A stretch of 46,457 nucleotides of DNA from a virus (taxonomy: Duplodnaviria > Caudoviricetes), in IMG/VR virus record IMGVR_UViG_3300048849_000168, positions 1 through 46,457 of that record, one strand, 5' to 3'. Position 1 is the stretch's first letter, and each line of letters starts with the position of its first letter. The translations under genes were made by a program, and so were the position numbers. The notes below the pieces were generated by a model, which was not told the DNA's origin, made no database searches, and saw only the letters and a program-made list of their open reading frames with translations. Shown here piece by piece: positions 8,233-17,836 of this stretch.

Positions 8233-10647
8233 TTATGCCTCGGGCGCAGCGATGACCGCGACGGCGCGGCAAGCCACCGAGCCGGTCAGGGTTCCTCCGA
8301 CGGCGGCGAAGTTTGCGCTGATCGACCCGTCTGCGTTGACGACAGCACCGGTGCAAAACACTTGCGCGGTTCCGCTGGAAGGGACGCAGTTGTCCAGGCG
8401 CAATTGGATGCTCCCGAAATCAGCTGCTTCGATCGGCGCCCCATTCGCCTTTTTCGCGCCGGGGAATAGCGTCCAGAAAGATGCGCTGTAGGTTGACGAG
8501 CTCGTCGCCGATCCTGTGGTGGTGTTGAAGTTTGCGCTGGTGGATTTGACGATCGTCCCCAACCGTGGGCCGTCGTGAAGGTCGCGGCTGTAATCGTCCG
8601 ACAGTTCCAGGTGGAAGATATCGCTTTCCGCGTCTGTCAGCGTCGCATCCATGTCGGTCAGCAGGACGATCTTGATCTTATCCGACGTGGCGATGATCGG
8701 CCGGCCAACAATGGTGCGAGCGACCCCGCCGAATTCCAACGGGTTGGGGTTGAAGCCCATGACGTGGATCGTGGCGTCGGTGTTTCCGTCGCGGAACTGC
8801 ATCTGGATATGCCGGCCAGTGCCGGAAAGGTTGGACCGGTTCAGCCTGATATGCACCTTGCCGAACAGCGTATCGCCCTTCTTGCAGTTGGCGATGACGA
8901 ACGGCTGCTGCCCGGTCATCTTGTTGGTGATCCGCAGGACAGGGCGGCCCGTAACCGTGTCGGTAACGAGCGCGGTGCTGCTGTTCGTCAGGTCCAGGCC
9001 CCGCGCGCCTTGGGCAAAAGATGAGTTCGGGATGAGGTTGCGGGCCGCGGGCATGATCGGGCGAATACCCATGTCCGCGTCGATATATGCTTCGATCCGG
9101 AACACGCCGATCCGGAAGTTGGACGCAGAGATGTCTTTGGCGGTGATGAACTCGCCATAGGTGTAGATGTCGAGCTGGCCGCTGTACTGGCCGGCGACGA
9201 CGCTCGCATAATGGGAGTCTCCTGCGGTGACGCCATTGGCCGGGTTTGGCGTGCCGGCAATCACCACGCGATCGACGAAAGCGTCGATTTCGCGGCCGGT
9301 GTTCTGCTTCGAGCGGAAGCAAACCAGCAGGCCGGTCGGCTGATCGGTGGAGCCCAGGCCGAGGCGGCCCGTCTTGTCTCGTGCGAACAGCAGCCAACCC
9401 TCGTGTCCACCAGGCGCGGTGCTGCTGGAGCGATAATCCATCGCCTTTACGAAGGTCGGCGCGTTGAGTGTGTAGGGAAGCACGCTATGAACCCGCCAAG
9501 GCCCCCCAGCGGTGTTGCGCTTGTAGAAGATCGCCGCCTTGTTGCCGAAGCCCTCCTCTGCGCGGACGACCACGTTCAACGTGCTATCGAGCGGGGTTTC
9601 GCAGAATGCCGCTTCATTGCCGGGTCCGATCTCCTCCGTCGTGAACGTCGACCAATCCGTAGTCGTGACTAGGTGGCAGATGTTGGACGCGGCGTTGTAC
9701 CCGACGAAGGCATATTGCCCAGTCGACAGGAGCCGAACGTCGCTCTTCACCGCCTGGACAGGAAGCGGGATGGTGACGGGGTTCACGAGACCGGCGCCCA
9801 GATTCGCCGGGTCGAGGTCGTACACCTTGGCGGCAATGTTGCTGTAGCTCCCGCCGGTGTACTCGAACGTAACCACCTTGAACTTGCCACCCACGAGGAT
9901 GGCCTGCCCGGTGTCATCCCGCAGCACGTTCGGGTCGCGCGGGTCGGTGCCGTTCACTTCCAGGATGATCGTGCGGCTCTCTGGCGCAATGCCATTCACG
10001 TCCCGGACTGAGCACACGAGCCGCGCCTGGTTGGTGATCGGCGGCGTTTCGACGTGGGCGGTGCCTTCTCGGTAGAGGATGTAGTCCTTGCCGTTGTAAC
10101 GCACTGCCGAGGGAAAGCCGTGGAAGTTCTTGCCGGCGCCGAGGGCCGAGGTGAGATGCAGCTTAGGCATCGGCGCCTGGCGCGCGATGGGCTCCCGGAT
10201 CGCGCGGTTCTGCGCGGCAAGGAACTTGGTGTAGGCCTGCACATTGCCGGGAACGTTGGCTGCCGTCCCCGCTGCTTCGGGCGTGAGGGGCTGCGCCTTG
10301 ATCGCGGTCGCCACGTCCACGGACGGCAGGGTGGGGGCCGCACGCACGCCGACGTTGGCCGCACCGTCTGGCGCCGCGAGGTCCGTCCGCAGCGCTGAGT
10401 CCGCACCGCCCCCGCTGGAGCCCACGAACACAGGCGCGTCGCCGGCAGCGCGGACGATGAACTGGCCGGGGGTGGCGCTGGTGGCGCTCGACACGCCCTG
10501 CCGCCCGATTTTGTTCAACGCTTCGGTGTCGGTGTCCGTCGGAAGTACGCCCGCAAAGCCGGTGCGGCGAGCGACATCCATCGAGGATAGGCCGCGCGCG
10601 CCGGAGACCTCGATCTTAATTCCTTGAAGCTGCCTAGCATCGGTCAC
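8233..10647 (-). CDS. Tail spike/receptor-binding protein with sialidase-like beta-propeller and carbohydrate-binding domain
   Basis: LRTDLAAPDGAANVG tail-spike linker; HGFPS, YREGTAHV, DPRDP and Asp-box-like TTTDWSTF; NLIPNSSF CBM-like start. Confidence 0.7.
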   Translation of the reverse strand: MTDARQLQGIKIEVSGARGLSSMDVARRTGFAGVLPTDTDTEALNKIGRQGVSSATSATPGQFIVRAAGDAPVFVGSSGGGADSALRTDLAAPDGAANVGVRAAPTLPSVDVATAIKAQPLTPEAAGTAANVPGNVQAYTKFLAAQNRAIREPIARQAPMPKLHLTSALGAGKNFHGFPSAVRYNGKDYILYREGTAHVETPPITNQARLVCSVRDVNGIAPESRTIILEVNGTDPRDPNVLRDDTGQAILVGGKFKVVTFEYTGGSYSNIAAKVYDLDPANLGAGLVNPVTIPLPVQAVKSDVRLLSTGQYAFVGYNAASNICHLVTTTDWSTFTTEEIGPGNEAAFCETPLDSTLNVVVRAEEGFGNKAAIFYKRNTAGGPWRVHSVLPYTLNAPTFVKAMDYRSSSTAPGGHEGWLLFARDKTGRLGLGSTDQPTGLLVCFRSKQNTGREIDAFVDRVVIAGTPNPANGVTAGDSHYASVVAGQYSGQLDIYTYGEFITAKDISASNFRIGVFRIEAYIDADMGIRPIMPAARNLIPNSSFAQGARGLDLTNSSTALVTDTVTGRPVLRITNKMTGQQPFVIANCKKGDTLFGKVHIRLNRSNLSGTGRHIQMQFRDGNTDATIHVMGFNPNPLEFGGVARTIVGRPIIATSDKIKIVLLTDMDATLTDAESDIFHLELSDDYSRDLHDGPRLGTIVKSTSANFNTTTGSATSSSTYSASFWTLFPGAKKANGAPIEAADFGSIQLRLDNCVPSSGTAQVFCTGAVVNADGSISANFAAVGGTLTGSVACRAVAVIAAPEA

Positions 10648-11000
10648 GAGACGGTTTCTCCACGCGAAAGGATGATGAGGCCCGCCAGCAGGGCGGTGTT
10701 GACCCCGTCCCGATCTGTCATGCGAAGGTCGTGGTGCAGGTTCGCGATCTGGATTGTGGCGCCGTAATTAGAGAGCGGGGTGCCTTCGCTCGCTCGAAGG
10801 ACGACGGAGGCAATGCCCCCAGCGGGATCAACTATCGTGACCTCGGCCTCGGCGATCAGGGTTTGTCTCAGCTTGTCCCGAACCTGCATGGCGAGGGTGC
10901 AGCCACTCAGGTCGATGGGAGCGCCGGCGTTGTCCGTGATGGTCAGGGTCCGCGCCCAGTCTTCGTTGCGCTGGAGCGCGATATCCAAGCGTGCCGGCAT
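10644..11000 (-). CDS. Baseplate/fibre adaptor (BppU N-terminal-like)
   Basis: PIDLSGCTLAMQVR motif; directly upstream of the tail spike. Confidence 0.7.
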   Translation of the reverse strand: MPARLDIALQRNEDWARTLTITDNAGAPIDLSGCTLAMQVRDKLRQTLIAEAEVTIVDPAGGIASVVLRASEGTPLSNYGATIQIANLHHDLRMTDRDGVNTALLAGLIILSRGETVS

Positions 11001-11008
11001 GGTTCAAT

Positions 11009-11046
11009 TCGCTATCGACCTAGGAAACCGGGGGTTACCGCCGTCA
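11009..11046 (-). promoter_or_regulatory. Late-promoter motif copy (tail spike module)
   Basis: TGACGGCGGTAAC (11046-11034), 19 nt, TAGCGA, ATG 8 nt later. Confidence 0.7.
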
Positions 11047-13269
11047 GGGTGCGGTCGCGGTGTCTACTATGGCCGGTTCGGACCATGCTGACAGAACGCC
11101 GGCTCCACTCTCGTAAGCGACCTCGATGTTCAGATCGGTCACTAGGGGCACAAACTCGGTCGTCATTGACACGCCAGGGCCGGGGTCTGCATCCGGGTAT
11201 TCGCGCTCGCTCCAGGATCCGGTGTTCCCTACACGCCAGCGGGCGTACCAAGTGAGGTCCGGACGATCAGCCGGTCCGGAGGCGGCTATCAACACGCGAA
11301 CTCCGGTAGAGACGCCCCCCTCGGTTGACTCTCCAAGTGGACCCTCTGTGTCAGGGTTCTGTCCGACTGCCTCACGAACCGCAGTGGCGCTTATGATAGC
11401 GGGGGTGGGCAGCGGAGCCGGCGCAACCCGGTTACCTACAGGGGCCGGTAGACCTTCTTCGGTCGCAGGGTTCCACGCGTCGATGTTCGGATCCGCAGCG
11501 ACCCAGTTGAAAGATATGCGGCCCGTGAGTGGATCGCGCTTCACCGGCGCTTTCACCTGAACCGGAATGTCGAGGCCGCCGTCTTGGGAGCGGAGCAGGA
11601 TATATCGCTTTCCCAAAATCCTTCGGCCCGTTGCCCGGAGCGTTGCGGTGCCGCGTGTCGGCGCCATCTTCTCGGCATGCGCCCGCTTCGTGAGCCTCCG
11701 ACCTTGCGAATGCGACGGGACCTGCGCGCCCGTCGGCTCACCAGCGAGCACCTTGCCGAGCTTGGAGATGCTGTCCTCCTCCACCCACGGATCGGTGTCG
11801 ACGGTCGCATAGGCATGGTTGGCCGAGACATAGGTGACCGGGATCTGGTTGACCGCATTCTCTTCCTCGACGCCATCCTGGACCGACAGGCTGATGATGT
11901 CGTCGTCGGTGACGGTGACCGTCGGCGGGTAATAGCGCCCTGAATAGGCCACCAGGGCACCATCGGCGCGCGGGCTTACCCAGCCATCGCAGCAGGACAG
12001 CAGCGAGGCCATCACCGCCTTGTGCGGGTCGGTGAGCTTGTGGATTACGCAGCCACGATACCGGGGCTCGGTGGCCGGGTTCGCCGGGTCCGACTGCCAC
12101 GTCACCGCAGAACCATCGGGCCAATCGCGGGCCAGGGTGCCGGCGATGTCGATCACGAAGCCGCCACCCGGGCGCGGCGATACGCTGCTGACCGTGTGGG
12201 TCTCGGCGCCGATCGCCTGGCCACCAACGGAGATCGTCATGCCCGCCGCGAGCCCGCGAGCTTCGATCACGTCCACGAAGCCGTTGCCGGAGTCGCGCTC
12301 GCCGAGGGTGACGGTCTGCACCGCCGCCAGCGGAACCGGCGTGTCGCAGTCGTTCGCTGCGGCCGTCCAGTAGGCGAGGGTCGGCGCGAACAGCCGGTCC
12401 CATTTCGCCTGCAGGATGGTCGCCAGCTCCGCGGGATAACCTGGATCAGTGATCGGCAGCCGAGGCCGCGCGCCGTGGCGGATCAGTTCGTAATGCACGA
12501 CATGGAGCATCACGTTTTCCGACCACTTCCACGTCAGCGGGTCGGTCACCACCTGCGAGGGATCGCGCCAGTCGAACACGGGCTGCAGCCGCATCACCAG
12601 CGAGAGCGGCATCCGGTCTGGGCCACCCGTCGGGTAGATCATCTGATAGTTCTTCGTCTTGACCGGGGCGGATAGGACCGCGCCAGTCACCACGCCGTCG
12701 CCGCGGTGGTTTGCCGTCCACCGATCCGGGATCTTGGCAATGACCGGCGCGAAGGCGGTGTTGTTGCGTGGCCCCAGCGTCGTGAGGATCTTCACGATGT
12801 CCGACTGCTCGCCGAATTGGCCGTCCTTGCCCGCCTGAACCCGACCATCCGGGAGGACGATGACGCGGGTGTCGCCTAGGAAATGGCCGATGATGGCGTC
12901 CACCCGACCATCGTGGAAGGCGCCGACGTCGATCGCCGTGCCATCCTCTGCTGTGACGAAGAGGGAGAACGCCATGCCGAGGCGGCCGGTACCGTACCCT
13001 GCGACGGCCGGCGGGATCGCCACCTTGATTGCGTTCTCAGCCTGCTCGGCGCGGGGCGATTTGGTGCCTAGTCCTGAGACGAGATTTCCCGCAGCCGTCA
13101 GCGCCGTCGAAGCCGTCAGCAGGGTGCCAAGCCCGACCGATCCGAAGCCGACGCCGGCGGTGGTTCCGAAAACGGCCAAACCTGCCACCGCGCCGACGCC
13201 GGTAGCTACCAGTGCAGCGGTGCCGGCCAGGGTGAGGATTGTGCCGAGAGTTTTGCTCATGGACGCCAC
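11044..13269 (-). CDS. Tail tip / host-specificity (J-like) protein
   Basis: 741 aa after the NlpC-like gene; WTANHRGDG, DPLTWKWSEN, EPRYR; C-terminal Fn3-like region. Confidence 0.75.
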   Translation of the reverse strand: MASMSKTLGTILTLAGTAALVATGVGAVAGLAVFGTTAGVGFGSVGLGTLLTASTALTAAGNLVSGLGTKSPRAEQAENAIKVAIPPAVAGYGTGRLGMAFSLFVTAEDGTAIDVGAFHDGRVDAIIGHFLGDTRVIVLPDGRVQAGKDGQFGEQSDIVKILTTLGPRNNTAFAPVIAKIPDRWTANHRGDGVVTGAVLSAPVKTKNYQMIYPTGGPDRMPLSLVMRLQPVFDWRDPSQVVTDPLTWKWSENVMLHVVHYELIRHGARPRLPITDPGYPAELATILQAKWDRLFAPTLAYWTAAANDCDTPVPLAAVQTVTLGERDSGNGFVDVIEARGLAAGMTISVGGQAIGAETHTVSSVSPRPGGGFVIDIAGTLARDWPDGSAVTWQSDPANPATEPRYRGCVIHKLTDPHKAVMASLLSCCDGWVSPRADGALVAYSGRYYPPTVTVTDDDIISLSVQDGVEEENAVNQIPVTYVSANHAYATVDTDPWVEEDSISKLGKVLAGEPTGAQVPSHSQGRRLTKRAHAEKMAPTRGTATLRATGRRILGKRYILLRSQDGGLDIPVQVKAPVKRDPLTGRISFNWVAADPNIDAWNPATEEGLPAPVGNRVAPAPLPTPAIISATAVREAVGQNPDTEGPLGESTEGGVSTGVRVLIAASGPADRPDLTWYARWRVGNTGSWSEREYPDADPGPGVSMTTEFVPLVTDLNIEVAYESGAGVLSAWSEPAIVDTATAP

Positions 13270-13628
13270 GCCTTCAGGACGTGCACATCCTCAGCTCCGA
13301 GGTAGTGCATCGTGCGACCCCCGCGGATTGCCCAGCGCGTGCCGGTGAACACCGCGCCGACCTCAAGCCCGAGAGCTACGATCACGCCGATATCGCCCGG
13401 CTGCGGATCATCCACCGCAGGGAGCGCGTCACCGATGCCGGCATCCCACAACGGGACGAGCCCGCCCACTGCCGCAGCGTCGCACTCGGCAGGCGCAAGC
13501 GTCGCCCGCCAGGCAGCCGCAAAGTCGGGGTGCCCGAGCGACAGGCACCAGTCCGCGGCAAGCGTCGAGCAATTCCACTCGGCGTTGCGGAGGGCGTCCT
13601 CGGTGAGGAAGGGTCGGGGGTCTGTCAT
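13257..13628 (-). CDS. NlpC/P60-like tail assembly protein (DUF6950-like)
   Basis: WNCSTLAADW and PQPGDIGVI; start MTDPRP at 13628. Confidence 0.7.
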   Translation of the reverse strand: MTDPRPFLTEDALRNAEWNCSTLAADWCLSLGHPDFAAAWRATLAPAECDAAAVGGLVPLWDAGIGDALPAVDDPQPGDIGVIVALGLEVGAVFTGTRWAIRGGRTMHYLGAEDVHVLKAWRP

Positions 13629-14161
13629 CAGGTCGGGCCAAACCGGCGCGTCGTTCCCTGCGAGATGCCGGGAACATGGTCGAAGAACTGGTCCGTAGGC
13701 GAGCGCCGGCGCTGATCTGCCGGCGTCCAGAACGCGACGGGCGCGTTGCTGCGATCGGTGTTGTCGGAGCCGAGACTGATGGTGATCGAGCGGGAGAACC
13801 GGCTGTACTGCCGGGCAGGAACGTCGCAACGCAACTCGCCCAGCCACTCGACCTCGGCGATCTGCCAGGCGTCGTCCTGATGTGCGACGCCGATGTGAAC
13901 CGAAGCGCCCTGAAGCTGCTCGGCCTCCTCGCGGAAGAACTTCACCGTGGCCGCGCTAACGCCGGACACCGTGACAGGAATGCGCAGCGCTGTGCCGTTG
14001 ATGACCTGTTCCAGCTCAGGAACCTCGACCAGCTTGCCGCCGCCGAGGTAATAGGCCGGCTCGTCATCCACCAAGTTTGGCGGCAGGATGATCGGGTTCA
14101 CGCCGGAGCAGATGCGTGCGACCGGGTCTGTGCCGAAGCGCAGGAGCAGGAGCCGCCTCAT
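13628..14161 (-). CDS. Minor tail protein (gpL/hub-like)
   Basis: YLGGGKLVEV...SGVS and WTPADQRRRSPTDQFFDHV; position in the tail-tip cluster. Confidence 0.7.
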   Translation of the reverse strand: MRRLLLLRFGTDPVARICSGVNPIILPPNLVDDEPAYYLGGGKLVEVPELEQVINGTALRIPVTVSGVSAATVKFFREEAEQLQGASVHIGVAHQDDAWQIAEVEWLGELRCDVPARQYSRFSRSITISLGSDNTDRSNAPVAFWTPADQRRRSPTDQFFDHVPGISQGTTRRFGPT

Positions 14162-14865
14162 AACGTCGGGTCCCGCATGTCCTCAACGAACGTGATCGAG
14201 GCGGAGGACCACATGCCCATCGACAGCCCGTTGGTCGGTGCGGAAGTGCGGCGCATAACGCAGCGAGGATCATCGAAGTCGAGTGCATCGCCCACAGCGA
14301 TGCCGCCGCGGATCGGAGGCTGGAACGTGATACGCTTGCCGCCAGGGATATCCTCGATCGCCGAAATCTCGGCAGCGCGATCGCCCCAACCGCCGGCGCC
14401 AATGTAAGTAAAACGCTCCCCTCCGATCAGCGCGCGCTCGGAAGTCACCTCAATCTCTAGAATGGTCGCGTTCAGCCCTCCGGCCTGCCCATTAGCGACA
14501 CGCAGGACGCTCGCGGCCGCGCCTGGAGGCCCGAACGTCGCCCCTCCGTTAGAACGCCCCCCTGCGGGCCCCTCGTAACCAAGAACCGGCTGATGGTGAC
14601 GATCGCAGAACCTCAAGATCCCGGCGCGGCCGCCAGCGAGCCCCGCATTGAGCGCGCGCCATGCCAGCGTCTCTGCGCGCTCGTCCTCGCTCCGACCACC
14701 GAAGTCCCCGTCGCTGAAGTCGGCCTGCCAGTAACCGCCGCCATCGGTTTGTACGATGTCAGTGATGCCGGAAATGCTGGTCCCGCCGTCGACCTCGCTG
14801 CCGACGACGCGGATGTCCTGGTTCTCAAAGTGGAATTGGCACAGATGAAGGATGCGCAGCGCCAT
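14158..14865 (-). CDS. Distal tail protein
   Basis: Follows the tape measure gene; GGGYWQA, ITFQPPIR, SITFVED. Confidence 0.65.
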   Translation of the reverse strand: MALRILHLCQFHFENQDIRVVGSEVDGGTSISGITDIVQTDGGGYWQADFSDGDFGGRSEDERAETLAWRALNAGLAGGRAGILRFCDRHHQPVLGYEGPAGGRSNGGATFGPPGAAASVLRVANGQAGGLNATILEIEVTSERALIGGERFTYIGAGGWGDRAAEISAIEDIPGGKRITFQPPIRGGIAVGDALDFDDPRCVMRRTSAPTNGLSMGMWSSASITFVEDMRDPTL

Positions 14866-14874
14866 GACTGCGGG

Positions 14875-14912
14875 AGGTTAGGAGCGAGGGTGCGGTTGGC
14901 TTACCGCCGTCA
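14875..14912 (-). promoter_or_regulatory. Late-promoter motif copy (tail tip module)
   Basis: TGACGGCGGTAAG (14912-14900), 19 nt, TAACCT. Confidence 0.7.
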
Positions 14913-14915
14913 GGG

Positions 14916-14945
14916 TTGATACGCCCGCGCGGCTGTGCCTATCCT
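14916..14945 (+). promoter_or_regulatory. Sigma70-like promoter of the 14951 moron (probably leaderless)
   Basis: TTGATA-18-TATCCT with ATG 5 nt downstream; no RBS. Confidence 0.55.
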
Positions 14946-14950
14946 CCTGC

Positions 14951-15247
14951 ATGATCCTACTGACGAGTCTCCTAGTCATCGCGGCGCCTCTGGCTGAGAA
15001 GCAGGAGACGAAGGTCGATATCGATGGCGCCACTTACCGCGTGCTGGTGCGCAACGAGGAAGTGGTTGTCGCCCGCAAAGCCTTCATGACCCGTCGGAGT
15101 CCAGAAGAGCGAGAAGCAATGCGCGCCGCAGCCCGTAAGGTGACTGGTTGCGAACTGGGGGATGCATATTGGGAGGGGTCGAGGCTGGTCGGAAAGCTGT
15201 CGTGCTCCGAGCCGGCGCCGGCCCCAACGTCAGCCAGTGGTTCCTAG
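14951..15247 (+). CDS. Small exported protein (moron; superinfection-exclusion candidate)
   Basis: N-terminal signal peptide, two Cys, antisense insertion next to the tape measure gene, own promoter. Confidence 0.65.
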   Translation: MILLTSLLVIAAPLAEKQETKVDIDGATYRVLVRNEEVVVARKAFMTRRSPEEREAMRAAARKVTGCELGDAYWEGSRLVGKLSCSEPAPAPTSASGS

Positions 15248-17827
15248 CTGATCAAAGCGAACCTGCTCACCAGGCAATGCAGCGCGCGTCGCCCGGTTGT
15301 TCAGCGCAACCACCTGCTGGGCCTGTTGCCCAGCGCGGGCCAATATGAGCCGGGCGAATTGGTCGTTCATCACCGCCCCTCGAGCGTCGACCACAACAGT
15401 CTGCATGACAGTTGCCCCACCGCGCGTCCCTCGGGCGAGTGCGCCCGCGCTGCCCGCCGAGATGACATTCGCCCCCGCCGTGCCAGCTTGAAAGAACTCG
15501 CGCTGTCGTCCGCCCTGCTCATTGACCCGCACGACCTGACCGGGCGCCACGTAGCCTCCTGAAGCGCGTCCAAAGACGCTGCCTAACAGGCTGCCGATCG
15601 ATCCACTGGTTGAGCCGTCCGCCTTTCCGAACAGGAAGTCGGCGGCGGGCCCCATAAGCTTGCGCTGCACACCGATCCGCACAAGCTCGCCCACCACATC
15701 CCCAAGCGCGCCCTGCAACCCGAGCGCCGACTTCGTGGTGTTCACGATCTCGTCCTCAAGTGCGCGCATGGTGTCGACCTTTACATCGTCCAGGCGGTCG
15801 TTGACCTCATCGATCGTGTCGGGAAGCTGCCGGCGATAGCGCGCGTAGGAGCCCTCGTTGTCGCGCTCGACGCCCGCCCGATCGGAGGCCTCAAGCTGGG
15901 GAAGGAGGGCCAAGCGTCGGCGCGCGATCTCCTTCTCGGCGTCGGTCGACTGAGTGGATGCCTCGATCGCTTCGAGCCGAGCCCGTTCCATCTGATATTC
16001 GAGGTCGAGCAGCCGCATCGCAGAAGCGCGGCGCGCGGCGGTCGTGTCCGCAAGCTGATCCTCGCCCAAGGCGATGTCACGGGCATTGACCAAGTCAGCT
16101 TCGGCGATCTGAGCCCGTTCGGAGCGGACGCGCTCTTCCTCGCGCAGGCGGACTGCCCGGCTACGCTCTGCAGCCACCGCGTCGTTCAGCGCGACCAACT
16201 CGTCGGCCCGCGCCTGCGTCAGCTTCTTCTGTGCGACGTCGGCTTGATAGGAGGCGTTCTGCCGAACACGGGCGGCCTCGATCTCCTGAAGCTCGAATTG
16301 CGCGAGCGTGTCGGCCGCAGTGGCCATGGCCTGCCGCGCCTGCAGGAGATCGTGGTTGAGCGCCGCCTTCTCGTTCTCGTACGCCTCGTCATTGCGAAGC
16401 TCGCGCTGCTGCTGAGCCTCCGCGCGGCGCGCTAGGGTTTCAGCCGAGGGCCCCTTCTTCTTTTTGCCCTTGCCGGTTTCTGCCGCCCGCGGCTCTGCGA
16501 CCGCAGCCTGGCGCCGGCGGATGTTGGCCTGATCCACCGTCCCATCCGGGTTGAGCGGCACGACGTACCCGGCCTTTTCGAGGCGTTCGGCAGCGGCCCG
16601 GATGCGGGAGCGGGCGCTTCCTGCTCGAGCGAACGCATCCTGTCCCTGCGTGTAGCGGCCAGCAAGGTTCGATCGGCCGCCAACGGGTGTCGCCCGGCCA
16701 AGGCTGCGCGTTCCCGGGGCAAGGAAGTTCACCGTCTGCTGGGCCGTCAGCGCGGCGGCGTTGAATGCGTCACGGCCAAAGTTGGCGACTTGGTCGAGGG
16801 TTGTGAGGAACGTCCGGATATACGCGCTCGACTCGGCAGCCGAGGCATTGATCTGGCTGAACGCGCTCAAGGCACCATCAAGCATTGGGCCGAACGCGTC
16901 CGAAAGCCCGGCGAACTCCGACCGGATCTGGATGCCCAAGCGCTCGGCTGCGTCCTCCAGGTCGGCAAACCCGCCGGTACCGTCGGTGATGAAGTTGGCA
17001 AGGGCCGTCGAAAACTCGCCGCCGCGGTCGAATGCGCCGAAGGTGATGATGGCGGCGTTGCGAACCTGTCCCATCGCCTCGTCAAAGGTCACCGGCAGCT
17101 GCGCGAACTCGGCGTCGATGCCGGCGGTGAAGCGCCGATCGGTCAGCGCCCGGAACAGTACGTCCGAAGTCAGCTTCCCGTCTGCGGCCAGAGCGCGGAC
17201 CTGGCTGCGCGGCGCACCGATCGCGTCCGCCAGCAGCTGCAGGATGCGCGGCGACGCCTCCGCAATGGAGTTGAACTCGTCGCCCCGGAGCGCGCCGGAT
17301 GCCAGCGCTTGGCCGAACTGCAGCGTCGCAGAGGCCGCGGCGTTGGCGTCGGCGCCGCCGATCTTGAGGGCCTTGGAGAACGTCTCTGTCGCGCGCGCCG
17401 CTTCGTCCTGCGAGCCGCCAAGCGATTGAGTGGCGCGGATGAAATTGCCGTAGAGCGAGCTGGTGGCTTCAAGCGAGGTCCGCGTGTCGCCGGCAATCCG
17501 GCGCGCGTCGTCCTGCGCCTGCGCGAAGCTACCGAACGAACGGGTGGCAAGCCGCAGCTGGGCATCCACCTGCTTGGCAGCATCCGCGTATTCCAGGAAC
17601 TGGCGGGCAAGAGCGATGGCGGAGACGCTGCCGAGCGCCGCCTTGAGGCTGCCGAGCGTGTTGCCAATCGCGTTGCCGGAGCGCTGGAACTGGAACTCCA
17701 GACGCTGCACTGCGCGCTCCTGGTCTCGGAGGGAGCGGTCGACCAGCGTCGTGGTAGCGCGCAGTTCATTCCGGTAGCGGGAGACGTCGGCGCGAAGCTG
17801 GAGGATGACGGGATCGACTTCAGGCAC
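15230..17827 (-). CDS. Tape measure protein
   Basis: 865 aa, Ala-rich helical; QFGQALASGALRGDEFNSIAE tape-measure motif; RASGGYV near the C-terminus. Confidence 0.92.
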   Translation of the reverse strand: MPEVDPVILQLRADVSRYRNELRATTTLVDRSLRDQERAVQRLEFQFQRSGNAIGNTLGSLKAALGSVSAIALARQFLEYADAAKQVDAQLRLATRSFGSFAQAQDDARRIAGDTRTSLEATSSLYGNFIRATQSLGGSQDEAARATETFSKALKIGGADANAAASATLQFGQALASGALRGDEFNSIAEASPRILQLLADAIGAPRSQVRALAADGKLTSDVLFRALTDRRFTAGIDAEFAQLPVTFDEAMGQVRNAAIITFGAFDRGGEFSTALANFITDGTGGFADLEDAAERLGIQIRSEFAGLSDAFGPMLDGALSAFSQINASAAESSAYIRTFLTTLDQVANFGRDAFNAAALTAQQTVNFLAPGTRSLGRATPVGGRSNLAGRYTQGQDAFARAGSARSRIRAAAERLEKAGYVVPLNPDGTVDQANIRRRQAAVAEPRAAETGKGKKKKGPSAETLARRAEAQQQRELRNDEAYENEKAALNHDLLQARQAMATAADTLAQFELQEIEAARVRQNASYQADVAQKKLTQARADELVALNDAVAAERSRAVRLREEERVRSERAQIAEADLVNARDIALGEDQLADTTAARRASAMRLLDLEYQMERARLEAIEASTQSTDAEKEIARRRLALLPQLEASDRAGVERDNEGSYARYRRQLPDTIDEVNDRLDDVKVDTMRALEDEIVNTTKSALGLQGALGDVVGELVRIGVQRKLMGPAADFLFGKADGSTSGSIGSLLGSVFGRASGGYVAPGQVVRVNEQGGRQREFFQAGTAGANVISAGSAGALARGTRGGATVMQTVVVDARGAVMNDQFARLILARAGQQAQQVVALNNRATRAALPGEQVRFDQLGTTG

Positions 17828-17836
17828 GGGGCGCTC

